The notes beneath the pieces were generated by a model that saw nothing but the letters and a program-made list of their open reading frames with translations, was not told the origin of the DNA and did no database searches. 49,087 bases of DNA from a virus. Taxonomy: Duplodnaviria; Caudoviricetes. How positions within the stretch are numbered: the first letter of the stretch is position 1; each line of letters begins with the position of its first letter. The translations under genes and the position numbers were made by a program. The DNA lies in IMG/VR virus record IMGVR_UViG_3300032335_000589, positions 1-49,087 of that record; one strand, written 5' to 3'. Below, piece by piece: positions 27,857 to 36,272 of the stretch.

Positions 27857-29356
27857 TTATTTGTTAAATATCTTATTATAATTTTTTTCAATAAAAGGAA
27901 TTAAAGTTTGTGTGTAATCATCATATTCCCCCTTTTGATTTTGTTGAGATTTTGTTCTCGTTTTACTTTCGTAGTGGTAAGCAACTAAAGATCCGTCATA
28001 ATAATTATTAAAACCATTTAATCTTACTGTTATATTTAATTCAACATCTTCAAAACAAGTTGTATAATTTTCATTATATCCACCTACTTTATCAAATACT
28101 TTTTTTCTAATCATCATTAAAGCCGCTGTATTTCCCATAACTTCTTTTACTATCGTAGTGTATGTATAATAACACCCTAATGATGCGTGAGTTAAATTAA
28201 CTTTATCATTATTGGGATTTTTTACAAAAACTACCCCGTCATGTTGAATTGTGTTGTCTTCAAAATGTAATCTACAACCTACGGTTCCTGCTTTTGGTTT
28301 TTCTTTGAATATCTTTAACATTCCATAAATAATGTTATTTAAAATCTTAATATCGTTATTACAAAATAGTAAAAACTCATGATTATCTGTGACATGGTTT
28401 TTTACAACATCATTATTAATTTTGGCAAAATTATAATAGTCGTATTCAATAAAGTTAATAAAACCTAAATTTAGTATGTTATTTTGAATCCACTCTTTTT
28501 CGGCATCTGTTGAACCTGTGTCGGCAATGAAAATTTCAAAATAGTCTTGATTACAATGATCGTAAAAAGATTTTACACATTCATACAACATATTAACGTT
28601 ACCTTTTGTTGGGATAATTACCGCGACTTTACCCATGTTTTTAAGTGGTTTTTCTTCAATTTCATTATAATCCACTTTAAAGGGTTTTAAATCTAATGGT
28701 AATTTAGATCCCCATTTTTCAACGAACTTTTCTTTACTCTCCCAAAATTCTTGATTTGGTTGACCTACCGATTCGTGAGTAATTTCAAATGATGTGGTAA
28801 CACCTAATTTAACACCATCTAAATAATTTGGTAAACAAAATCCATGATCGTAAAAATGAAACTTGCCAATTGTCTCATCAAAGTGGTGTTTAATTTTTGT
28901 CTTATCAAAAGAAATAAATAACCCATCAATTGTTACAACAGGAATTAAATATGGTAATTTAACTGAATATCTATTAATCCATTTTTTTTGACCTTCAGGA
29001 TGATGATAAACTTGACCAACCATTGTTTGGTGCATTTTTTCCCAATATACTCCTGACTTAGGAAAGTAACAAGAACCCGCCTTTCCAATTACACCAAACT
29101 CGGGGTTATTAGAAAAATCTTCTAAAAGTTTTTTACCCCAATTTTTTTCTAATTTTATATCGTTATGACAACAAACAACAATATCATAAATTGATTCTGT
29201 AATTCCGCTATTATAAACTTGTGCCAAAGAATATTGATTGTGATTCACATATTCTAATATTTGAATATCTTTTACACCAACATTTTGTAATAAATGTTGT
29301 TTGAATTTATTATTATATTCTTGATCTTTATGTGTTGAGTATATTATTGTTATCAT
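27857..29356 (-). CDS. Two-domain glycosyltransferase (GT-A + GT2)
   Basis: Domain 1: YNSGI, CCHNDI, IDGLF, FHFYD. Domain 2: VIIPT, IADTGSTD, NNDI, VGGYNE, EDVEL, HYESKTR. Confidence 0.88.
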   Translation of the reverse strand: MITIIYSTHKDQEYNNKFKQHLLQNVGVKDIQILEYVNHNQYSLAQVYNSGITESIYDIVVCCHNDIKLEKNWGKKLLEDFSNNPEFGVIGKAGSCYFPKSGVYWEKMHQTMVGQVYHHPEGQKKWINRYSVKLPYLIPVVTIDGLFISFDKTKIKHHFDETIGKFHFYDHGFCLPNYLDGVKLGVTTSFEITHESVGQPNQEFWESKEKFVEKWGSKLPLDLKPFKVDYNEIEEKPLKNMGKVAVIIPTKGNVNMLYECVKSFYDHCNQDYFEIFIADTGSTDAEKEWIQNNILNLGFINFIEYDYYNFAKINNDVVKNHVTDNHEFLLFCNNDIKILNNIIYGMLKIFKEKPKAGTVGCRLHFEDNTIQHDGVVFVKNPNNDKVNLTHASLGCYYTYTTIVKEVMGNTAALMMIRKKVFDKVGGYNENYTTCFEDVELNITVRLNGFNNYYDGSLVAYHYESKTRTKSQQNQKGEYDDYTQTLIPFIEKNYNKIFNK

Positions 29357-30921
29357 AAGTTATGTTTGTTAAAATAATCTTTTGCTCTTTGTTCGTCTTC
29401 ATCATACATTGATCTATTATTCATTGCTGAATGACCATGACCAACTTCTGAAAAATAAGCATGAGTTGAAGATTTATAAATGTTGTAGTTTTTATATTTG
29501 TAACCTTTATCAACCATTTGTCTAAACCATAAATCCCCTATATCAAGTCCATAATAACCACCAAAAGGAACTACATCACCATTTGGAATCGCTTCTTTTT
29601 TATAATCATCAATATTAATTAATGCACACCATTCATTGACTCTACATTCCGGCATTGGAAATGGTTTTTCTTTATTGATAAATGGTTTACCAATAGTTGA
29701 GGTTCTAGTTGTTGGGTATTTATCAATTAAATTAATAATTTCATTATAAGGTAATTGTTTTTCACAATTTGATTCTAATAAATGTGAGTCACAAATATTT
29801 TCGAACTTTAAAGGACAATTCCAGCATTGACCAATATTCCCAATGGTAAAACTATCACCAATCTCGGATAACAATTCAGATACAATATCACCAGTAAATA
29901 ACACATCGTTATGAATAATAAGAAGATGTTTTTTGTCAGTGTTTTCTAAACCATACTGATATCTTAAAGATAATCTATAATCTTGATCGACAATAGATCT
30001 ATGGGTGTCACTTTTATTAGTAAAAAGGTAATGTTGGGGAATAAATTTAATTATTTTATTATATTTTAAATTTTCCTCGATGATTTTATAATCATAATCA
30101 ATTGGTTGTTCCCGTTCTTCGATAAAATAAATTTTATCAATCAAATGACCCGAATGATTAAGTAATGTTTTTAAGGTAATTAAAGTTTGATAAGGTTTAC
30201 CAAAAACATTTATACATACATCAATTTTTGTTATAAAATCGTTTTTAATTAATTTATATTCCGTTAAATTAAATTTTAAATTATACTTTTCCATTAAAAA
30301 GTTTAATTCTTCTTGTGGTTCCTTACTAAACCTATTTTTATAATTAGAACCAACTGGTTTTGTGTGTTCAATCTCAACATCATCAATAATTGCAATTTTA
30401 TCTTCAGGATAATTTAAAATTTTTGGCCACAACAAATCTAAACCCCAACCTGATTCGGAATAATCAAAAGTATTGAGTAAAGACAATAAACAATCTTTAC
30501 TCATCATTGGGCACATAATTTCAACAAAATTTGTATATCTTAAAATATTATCACTTTTTTTGTTTGTAATACTATGAGATGTATGACCATATACTGATGG
30601 TTGAGATAAATATAAACTATACTTCTTGTGTAAATCAAAAAGTTTATTTATTGATTGTGAATCTATATTTAGATCATCATCAGGAAACCAAAATAGGTCG
30701 TAATTCTTTAAAAATTCACGATTATCATTTAAAAAAGTTTTTATTATTTTCCATTTTTCACCTATGACTTTAAAAGAATTAAACCCTTTGTTTTTTAGTT
30801 CAACATGGAAATCGTTATCTTCATAACACAAAAATATAATGTCAAAATTATCATTTGGTCCTAACCAATTAAAATATAATGATTCTTTACCTGTTGGAGT
30901 TATAATTAAATTTTTTTTCAT
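29353..30921 (-). CDS. DUF707-like domain fused to a GT-A-like domain
   Basis: WFPDDDL, LSQPS, TNFVEIMCPM, SGWGLD, IID.V.IEHTKPV. Second domain has IIHNDVLF. Confidence 0.7.
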   Translation of the reverse strand: MKKNLIITPTGKESLYFNWLGPNDNFDIIFLCYEDNDFHVELKNKGFNSFKVIGEKWKIIKTFLNDNREFLKNYDLFWFPDDDLNIDSQSINKLFDLHKKYSLYLSQPSVYGHTSHSITNKKSDNILRYTNFVEIMCPMMSKDCLLSLLNTFDYSESGWGLDLLWPKILNYPEDKIAIIDDVEIEHTKPVGSNYKNRFSKEPQEELNFLMEKYNLKFNLTEYKLIKNDFITKIDVCINVFGKPYQTLITLKTLLNHSGHLIDKIYFIEEREQPIDYDYKIIEENLKYNKIIKFIPQHYLFTNKSDTHRSIVDQDYRLSLRYQYGLENTDKKHLLIIHNDVLFTGDIVSELLSEIGDSFTIGNIGQCWNCPLKFENICDSHLLESNCEKQLPYNEIINLIDKYPTTRTSTIGKPFINKEKPFPMPECRVNEWCALINIDDYKKEAIPNGDVVPFGGYYGLDIGDLWFRQMVDKGYKYKNYNIYKSSTHAYFSEVGHGHSAMNNRSMYDEDEQRAKDYFNKHNL

Positions 30922-30923
30922 TT

Positions 30924-31526
30924 TTAAATACCTGTTGATCCAAACCCATTATCGTTTCTATCTTTATTTCCCAAATCACTTTTTTCAGTTAATTTGACCC
31001 ACTTTCCTGAAACAACAGGACAAAGAACTGCTTGTGCAATTTTTTGACCTTTTTCTATTTTTACTTTTTCTCTTGTGGTATTAAATAAAATAATTTTTAT
31101 TTCACCTAAATAACCTTGATCTACTGTGCCAGGTGAGTTTAATACCATAAGACCTTGTTTTAAAGCTAAACCACTTTTTGATCTTACTTGAATTTCATAA
31201 CCTTCTGGTATATCAAAATGTAATCCTGTTGACACTAATTGTCTATCAAGGGAATGTATCCATACGTCTTCAGTTGAATATAGATCAAACCCTGAATCAC
31301 TAATATATGCGTATTTTGGATCTATTGCATTTTCTTTTGTTTTCTTATATGAAAGATCAATAGTTGGTATATATTCTTGAATCTCTTTTTCTAATTCAGG
31401 TATATCTAACCCTAATGTTTCCATAATGACATTATAATCAACATCATTATTTTCATCATCTAATGAATCCAAAAATTTTAACATGTCTTGCATTTCTTTT
31501 TCAGAAACATCATTAAAATTACTCAT
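30924..31526 (-). CDS. dut: dUTPase (trimeric type) with an acidic N-terminal extension
   Basis: SGFDL, RSKSGLA, NSPGTVDQGYLGEI, KIAQ, RNDNGFGSTG. Confidence 0.95.
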   Translation of the reverse strand: MSNFNDVSEKEMQDMLKFLDSLDDENNDVDYNVIMETLGLDIPELEKEIQEYIPTIDLSYKKTKENAIDPKYAYISDSGFDLYSTEDVWIHSLDRQLVSTGLHFDIPEGYEIQVRSKSGLALKQGLMVLNSPGTVDQGYLGEIKIILFNTTREKVKIEKGQKIAQAVLCPVVSGKWVKLTEKSDLGNKDRNDNGFGSTGI

Positions 31527-32251
31527 TACTTTAAACTTTTTAATTTCATTATTGCATCTATCAACACATTCACATCTTTTTCACAGTAATCTGATATTTC
31601 TTTTAATCTATTGTGATTCCAATATGCTTCGTGAACCATTCCACCATTAACTTCACCATCTTTTGGTGTTGGAATATCTAAACACGCACACATCAAATCT
31701 AAAGAACCAATTGCGGTATATGCTCCGTATTGCCAAATTTCTTTTGTGTCAATTGCTTTAACTTCCCAAGGTTTCGTATCGTATGATGGTAAGAGTTTAG
31801 ATGGCATAATACCATTAATAATCATTCGTTTTGCTAACATCGGGATGTCAAAGTTTTTTAGATTATGACCACAAAGATAAAAATCTAATTTGTGACATCT
31901 ATTTAAAAGATCTCTAACCTCTGTTAGTAACTTGGTTTCATCATCTCCCGAGAATGTTTGCATTTTTGTTTGTCCGTTGTCTAAAACAAAGGCCATGGAT
32001 ACACAAATAATCTTGGCAAACTCAGGAACAAGTGCCGCTCTTTTTCTAAACACTATGTCCATATGTTCTTCAGTTGTTCTATCTTCACCCCACTCTTTAT
32101 CTTCGGGGAATCTTTTTAAAAACCAATCAAAATATTTGTCAAATTGTTCGGCAACTCTTGGGTTAGTTTTAATACATGATTGATAGTCGGCACATCCCCC
32201 AACAGTTTCAATGTCTAAAAATAAAATTTTTGTAAGTGGTATATTAATCAT
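31526..32251 (-). CDS. 3'-5' exonuclease (PolB/DnaQ-like DEDD)
   Basis: FLDIETV, GHNLKNFDIP, YCEKDV. Confidence 0.88.
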   Translation of the reverse strand: MINIPLTKILFLDIETVGGCADYQSCIKTNPRVAEQFDKYFDWFLKRFPEDKEWGEDRTTEEHMDIVFRKRAALVPEFAKIICVSMAFVLDNGQTKMQTFSGDDETKLLTEVRDLLNRCHKLDFYLCGHNLKNFDIPMLAKRMIINGIMPSKLLPSYDTKPWEVKAIDTKEIWQYGAYTAIGSLDLMCACLDIPTPKDGEVNGGMVHEAYWNHNRLKEISDYCEKDVNVLIDAIMKLKSLK

Positions 32252-32254
32252 TTC

Positions 32255-33466
32255 TTATTTAATTAAAGATTTGTAAAATTCAGCTCTTGTTTTAGTAACA
32301 ATATTCAGATCATAAGTTTTAGATACGGTTTCATACAATCTTTCACCAAGATCTGTAATTAAATTAGGATTATCAACTAATTTTTTAACATGTTTTGCCC
32401 AATCACTATGGTTGTTTGATTCATTCACCAATAATGCATTTCCGTCGGTAAATTTACCTTGATGTAATGCATGTTTTAAATCAATTGTATATGGACCAAT
32501 ATTTGATGCGATCAATGCTTTTTTATAAAAACCTGCCTCAATAACTTTTAATTGAGATTTCATTCGATTGAAGATGTGATTTTTAATTGGTGCCAAAGAA
32601 ATATCAAACTTTGAGTAGTTTCTCGCATATGAATCAACAGGTCTAGTCCATACACGAACATAATTTTCTTTTTCAATTGCGGGGTATTCACCTTCTTCGA
32701 ATTTGTCTAAAAATAATCTGTATTCGGGTGTAATAATTTTATAGTTGTTTGTAAAAATTTCCTCATATCTAACCCAAACCGTTTCTTGTGGTTTAATTGG
32801 TCTTTGTGTTTGTTGTCCTGTTTCTTTATTAATTTCAGTGACAGTTCCACGAATATCAAACCCACAAACGTAGTATTGTAACTTATCTTGAATTGGTGAT
32901 AATTTAGAAACCATACCATCTAACAATTTCAAATCATGTAAATGTGATGATCCCCCTAACCACCCAACTCTAATTTTATCAGAAGGTAGTGTTGGTTCAT
33001 TAAACTGTGGTTCTTTGGGGTCAATTGCATTTGGTAAAACCAAAACATTTTTATTGAACTTTCTAATCTCGTTGGCGAACAATTCAGTTGTTGTTGTAAC
33101 ATAATCGGCGGCTTTAAGGTTCTCAACAATTTTTGTATGGATTTTATTTTCCATAATTAATTGATGAATAGGGTGTTCTTTTGTTGGTAACCAATAATCA
33201 TCAATATCGGCAATTACAATAATCCCCAAACTTTGAAGGCTTTTGATTAACATCGGGCAATTTTCAATTGGTCCTACGCTTCTATGAAAATGAACAATTT
33301 GATATTTTTTCCAAAAGTTTAAATCATTAATTCTTGGTTGATATTCAATATCAACATGAAAATCATTTGAGTATAAATTTTGGAGTTTGATGTGTGGATC
33401 CACACTTCTGAATCTACCTACTCCTGACGTATCGCTAGGTAAAACTAAAACATTAATTTTTGACAT
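32255..33466 (-). CDS. Glycosyltransferase, GT-B-like
   Basis: GVGRFRS, DIDD, VLPNAID, VGWLGGSSHLHDL, DISLAPI, FNRMKSQLKVIEAG, IASNIGPY. Confidence 0.82.
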   Translation of the reverse strand: MSKINVLVLPSDTSGVGRFRSVDPHIKLQNLYSNDFHVDIEYQPRINDLNFWKKYQIVHFHRSVGPIENCPMLIKSLQSLGIIVIADIDDYWLPTKEHPIHQLIMENKIHTKIVENLKAADYVTTTTELFANEIRKFNKNVLVLPNAIDPKEPQFNEPTLPSDKIRVGWLGGSSHLHDLKLLDGMVSKLSPIQDKLQYYVCGFDIRGTVTEINKETGQQTQRPIKPQETVWVRYEEIFTNNYKIITPEYRLFLDKFEEGEYPAIEKENYVRVWTRPVDSYARNYSKFDISLAPIKNHIFNRMKSQLKVIEAGFYKKALIASNIGPYTIDLKHALHQGKFTDGNALLVNESNNHSDWAKHVKKLVDNPNLITDLGERLYETVSKTYDLNIVTKTRAEFYKSLIK

Positions 33467-33485
33467 GTATTTTTATTTTAGATAA

Positions 33486-33514
33486 AATATAATCAAAAAT
33501 ATGACTATAATCAA
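33486..33514 (-). promoter_or_regulatory. Putative host-RNAP promoter for the glycosyltransferase/metabolic block
   Basis: The minus strand reads TTGATT-N17-TATATT and also contains TATTTTTG (TAnnTTTG). It lies between a terminator and the ATG at 33466. Confidence 0.45.
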
Positions 33515-33515
33515 T

Positions 33516-33544
33516 AAAAAAACCCACCTTAATAGATGGGTTTT
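33516..33544 (-). terminator. Intrinsic terminator
   Basis: Minus strand aaaacccatct-atta-aggtgggttttttt. Confidence 0.8.
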
Positions 33545-33564
33545 AAAAATTCATAAACTAAAAA

Positions 33565-34188
33565 TTATTTGGCGATTTTTTTAATCTTAACAACTTTACC
33601 CTCAAATAAATGTTGTCCTACTCTAAATTTGAACATTTCGTTACTTTTTGATTCTGACTCAACTAGCAATCCATTTTCGTGTAAAACTTCTTCCATAGTT
33701 TCTCTAACTATACTTCTTATGTCATCGGCACTTAAAGAATTTTGTGTTTGTTGTGTTTGTTGTGTTGGTGCTTGTTGTCTTTTATTTTCACTAATTGGTT
33801 GTTGATTAGATTTTTTGTTCATTAATCTTGACGCCTTCTCAACTAATTCATCACTTAATACCGCTCCTGAAGCCATACCCATAGTTGGTTGTTGAATTGG
33901 GTGCTCCATCATTAATCTTTTTATTTCATCCGGTAATTTTGAATTGGCTATTCTATCACCAATTGGTACATTTGAGTTTGATTGAGTAACAGGTCTTTGG
34001 GTTTCTTGCATAAATTCTTGTGGAATGTTATATTGAGCAGGAATTGCATCATAATTTTCCACCATAGGTGAAGAATAGCCATCGTTAGATGATATGTTTC
34101 TTGCATTACCTCGACCAATGTCGTTATGTCTATCCATGATCTTTTTTGAGACCATCAATTTTTGTAGTAAATCTTGTTCTGAATTCAT
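33565..34188 (-). CDS. Hypothetical protein (putative head-associated)
   Basis: 207 aa with SKLPDEIKRLMMEHPI and IRSIVRETMEE. Confidence 0.75.
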   Translation of the reverse strand: MNSEQDLLQKLMVSKKIMDRHNDIGRGNARNISSNDGYSSPMVENYDAIPAQYNIPQEFMQETQRPVTQSNSNVPIGDRIANSKLPDEIKRLMMEHPIQQPTMGMASGAVLSDELVEKASRLMNKKSNQQPISENKRQQAPTQQTQQTQNSLSADDIRSIVRETMEEVLHENGLLVESESKSNEMFKFRVGQHLFEGKVVKIKKIAK

Positions 34189-34201
34189 ATATTATTAATA
34201 T

Positions 34202-34582
34202 TTAAAAAACTGCATTTATAAACATCCTTTCCATACTTCTATCACCATTAGGGTTATAGTTAGGTCTTGGTGTGTCAAACGTTTCTTGAGTTGGTCTTAT
34301 AAAGTTAATTTTATCAACTCTAAAAAATCTCCAACTCGGTAATGGTTTTTTTCCTAAATAAGCCCTATGTGAAGCTCCTTCTCTATCCCACGCTCTTAAA
34401 ACAGCATTACCTTTTTTACTCAAACCAAAAGCAACGGGTTCAATAACTCTTAATCCTCTACCACCTGGTTCATCACCTTCGTAATAAATAACACAAACCC
34501 TTCTATCTCTAATAGCGTTAAAAATTTGGTCTCTAGACGCTACTTCCAATATAAGTTGATTGAACGTGTTGTAAAGTTTCAT
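34202..34582 (-). CDS. Stand-alone WYL-domain protein
   Basis: AIRDRRVCVIYY, RVIEPVAFG, LRAW and WRFFRVDKI are the WYL fold signature. Confidence 0.82.
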   Translation of the reverse strand: MKLYNTFNQLILEVASRDQIFNAIRDRRVCVIYYEGDEPGGRGLRVIEPVAFGLSKKGNAVLRAWDREGASHRAYLGKKPLPSWRFFRVDKINFIRPTQETFDTPRPNYNPNGDRSMERMFINAVF

Positions 34583-34866
34583 TATGCTGAAGGTGTTGTA
34601 TAAGGTTTGTTAGGTTGATATTCGTTAATTTTAATTTCGTTTTTTCTTTCTATAACATCCGTGGATGATCCCCCATTGATAGTATCTAAAAATATACCTG
34701 TTCCTTTACCAAATTCGTCACCATCAGCAATAGCATCTGGATTTGTTTGTGAATATGGATTCACAGTTTTGTAGTCATTTTTAACTATTAAACTTTTTCT
34801 TTGTAAGTCAGCAATTGCCGTCAAGTCATTGTTGGGCTGACTAAAATCTAATCTTTCTGTTTGCAT
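34582..34866 (-). CDS. Hypothetical protein
   Basis: 94-aa ORF translationally coupled to the WYL gene. Confidence 0.7.
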   Translation of the reverse strand: MQTERLDFSQPNNDLTAIADLQRKSLIVKNDYKTVNPYSQTNPDAIADGDEFGKGTGIFLDTINGGSSTDVIERKNEIKINEYQPNKPYTTPSA

Positions 34867-34868
34867 GA

Positions 34869-35339
34869 TTAAATTATTTTTTTAATTAAATCGTTTATTC
34901 TGTTTAGATCTTCTCTAATTCTAACATCTTGTGTAAAGGTGCTATGATCCTCTGAAGGTCTAACCATATCTGCGTATGGACCTAAATCGTTAACCAATTT
35001 AGAATCGATTGGGTCCGGCATATATTCATATTCCATCTCTTTCGAGAATGAATCGTTATTTCTTAATTGTTGGATTGTAGATTCAACCCAATTTTTCATA
35101 TAGTCAGCACCATTTAAAATAAAAGGGGCGTCCGTTCCATCACCTTCATAATTATCAAACCAATTTTTTATTCTACCTAATTGTTGGTATGTAACATATC
35201 CACTATTTCTTAACTCTTCATTTCGTTTGTGACCTTCAATGGAAGAATCTGAATTGGGAATATATTCAAAACAAGTTTGAAGGTATTCGACCATTTCTTT
35301 TGGTAATGGAATTGTTTTATTATATAAATTACTATTCAC
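34869..35339 (-). CDS. Hypothetical protein
   Basis: 156-aa ORF in the operon. Confidence 0.75.
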   Translation of the reverse strand: MNSNLYNKTIPLPKEMVEYLQTCFEYIPNSDSSIEGHKRNEELRNSGYVTYQQLGRIKNWFDNYEGDGTDAPFILNGADYMKNWVESTIQQLRNNDSFSKEMEYEYMPDPIDSKLVNDLGPYADMVRPSEDHSTFTQDVRIREDLNRINDLIKKII

Positions 35340-36219
35340 CTTGTTTTAAATGTTTTACTAACTTATCAATGCTTATATTTTCTTTATCCGCTAATCTTTT
35401 GATTGCCTCTATATTTCTCATTAATATTTTTGACATAACATCGTTATCATCTTTTTCTTCTTTTCTTTTTTTAACAACTTCTTTGTCCTTTGATTTTTTT
35501 GATAATAATATTTCATCAATCATGTTTTCCATCTTTTCTTTTTCCAATTCAGACAGTCTTCTTTTTGTAAAACAATTTTTACATTTTCCTCGTCTCTTTT
35601 GATTTTTTAAATCTTTATCTAACTTTCTATCAAAACCAAATCTTTTGAGTCTTTCATTCCGTTCAATTGGATCCGTAACCTTCAGTTTATTTTTTAATAT
35701 TTTATTTGCCACGTTATAAGTTGGTGCAAATTCAGTTTCCTCAAAACCAAATGATTCAGATTGATCAACTTCAGATATTGTTTTTTCACTTTCTTCACCT
35801 TCACCATAATAAACACGAATAAATGGCCATTGTTGTGCTCTACTCATACGAACCGTTTGGTCCATAGTTTTCTTTGCCAAGTTCCTTTGGTTCAAAATTG
35901 GAATGCTTGATCCCATTAAAGATCCGTCAGGATTAACCAATTCGCCAATCTCACCATCAGGTTTTTGTTTTGATTTAGATTTTTTATCTAAAAGTTTATG
36001 AACATATTCTTTTGATAATTTTTTCCCAGATTTAATTATGTTTGAAATTATTTTTTGAATATCCTCAAAAACATCTTTGTCAACAACAATTACCTCGTCA
36101 TTTTCTCTTGATTCGGTTATTGTGTTTGATACTGAATAATATATTGCAATTTTATCACCCTTATCTTTTAAATAAAAATAATAAGGAGAGTTAAAATATT
36201 CTGTGTTAAGTTTAATCAT
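35332..36219 (-). CDS. Hypothetical protein
   Basis: 295-aa ORF. TATTTAT on its strand at 36235-36241. Confidence 0.75.
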   Translation of the reverse strand: MIKLNTEYFNSPYYFYLKDKGDKIAIYYSVSNTITESRENDEVIVVDKDVFEDIQKIISNIIKSGKKLSKEYVHKLLDKKSKSKQKPDGEIGELVNPDGSLMGSSIPILNQRNLAKKTMDQTVRMSRAQQWPFIRVYYGEGEESEKTISEVDQSESFGFEETEFAPTYNVANKILKNKLKVTDPIERNERLKRFGFDRKLDKDLKNQKRRGKCKNCFTKRRLSELEKEKMENMIDEILLSKKSKDKEVVKKRKEEKDDNDVMSKILMRNIEAIKRLADKENISIDKLVKHLKQGE

Positions 36220-36232
36220 GATTTAACTTTCT

Positions 36233-36263
36233 TAATAAATACTTTGATCTGTGGTATTTATTA
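36233..36263. promoter_or_regulatory. Back-to-back divergent TATTTAT motifs (10-bp inverted repeat TAATAAATAC-N11-GTATTTATTA)
   Basis: Lies in the 53-nt gap between the divergent genes starting at 36219 (-) and 36273 (+). Confidence 0.7.
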
Positions 36264-36272
36264 TAAAAACAA

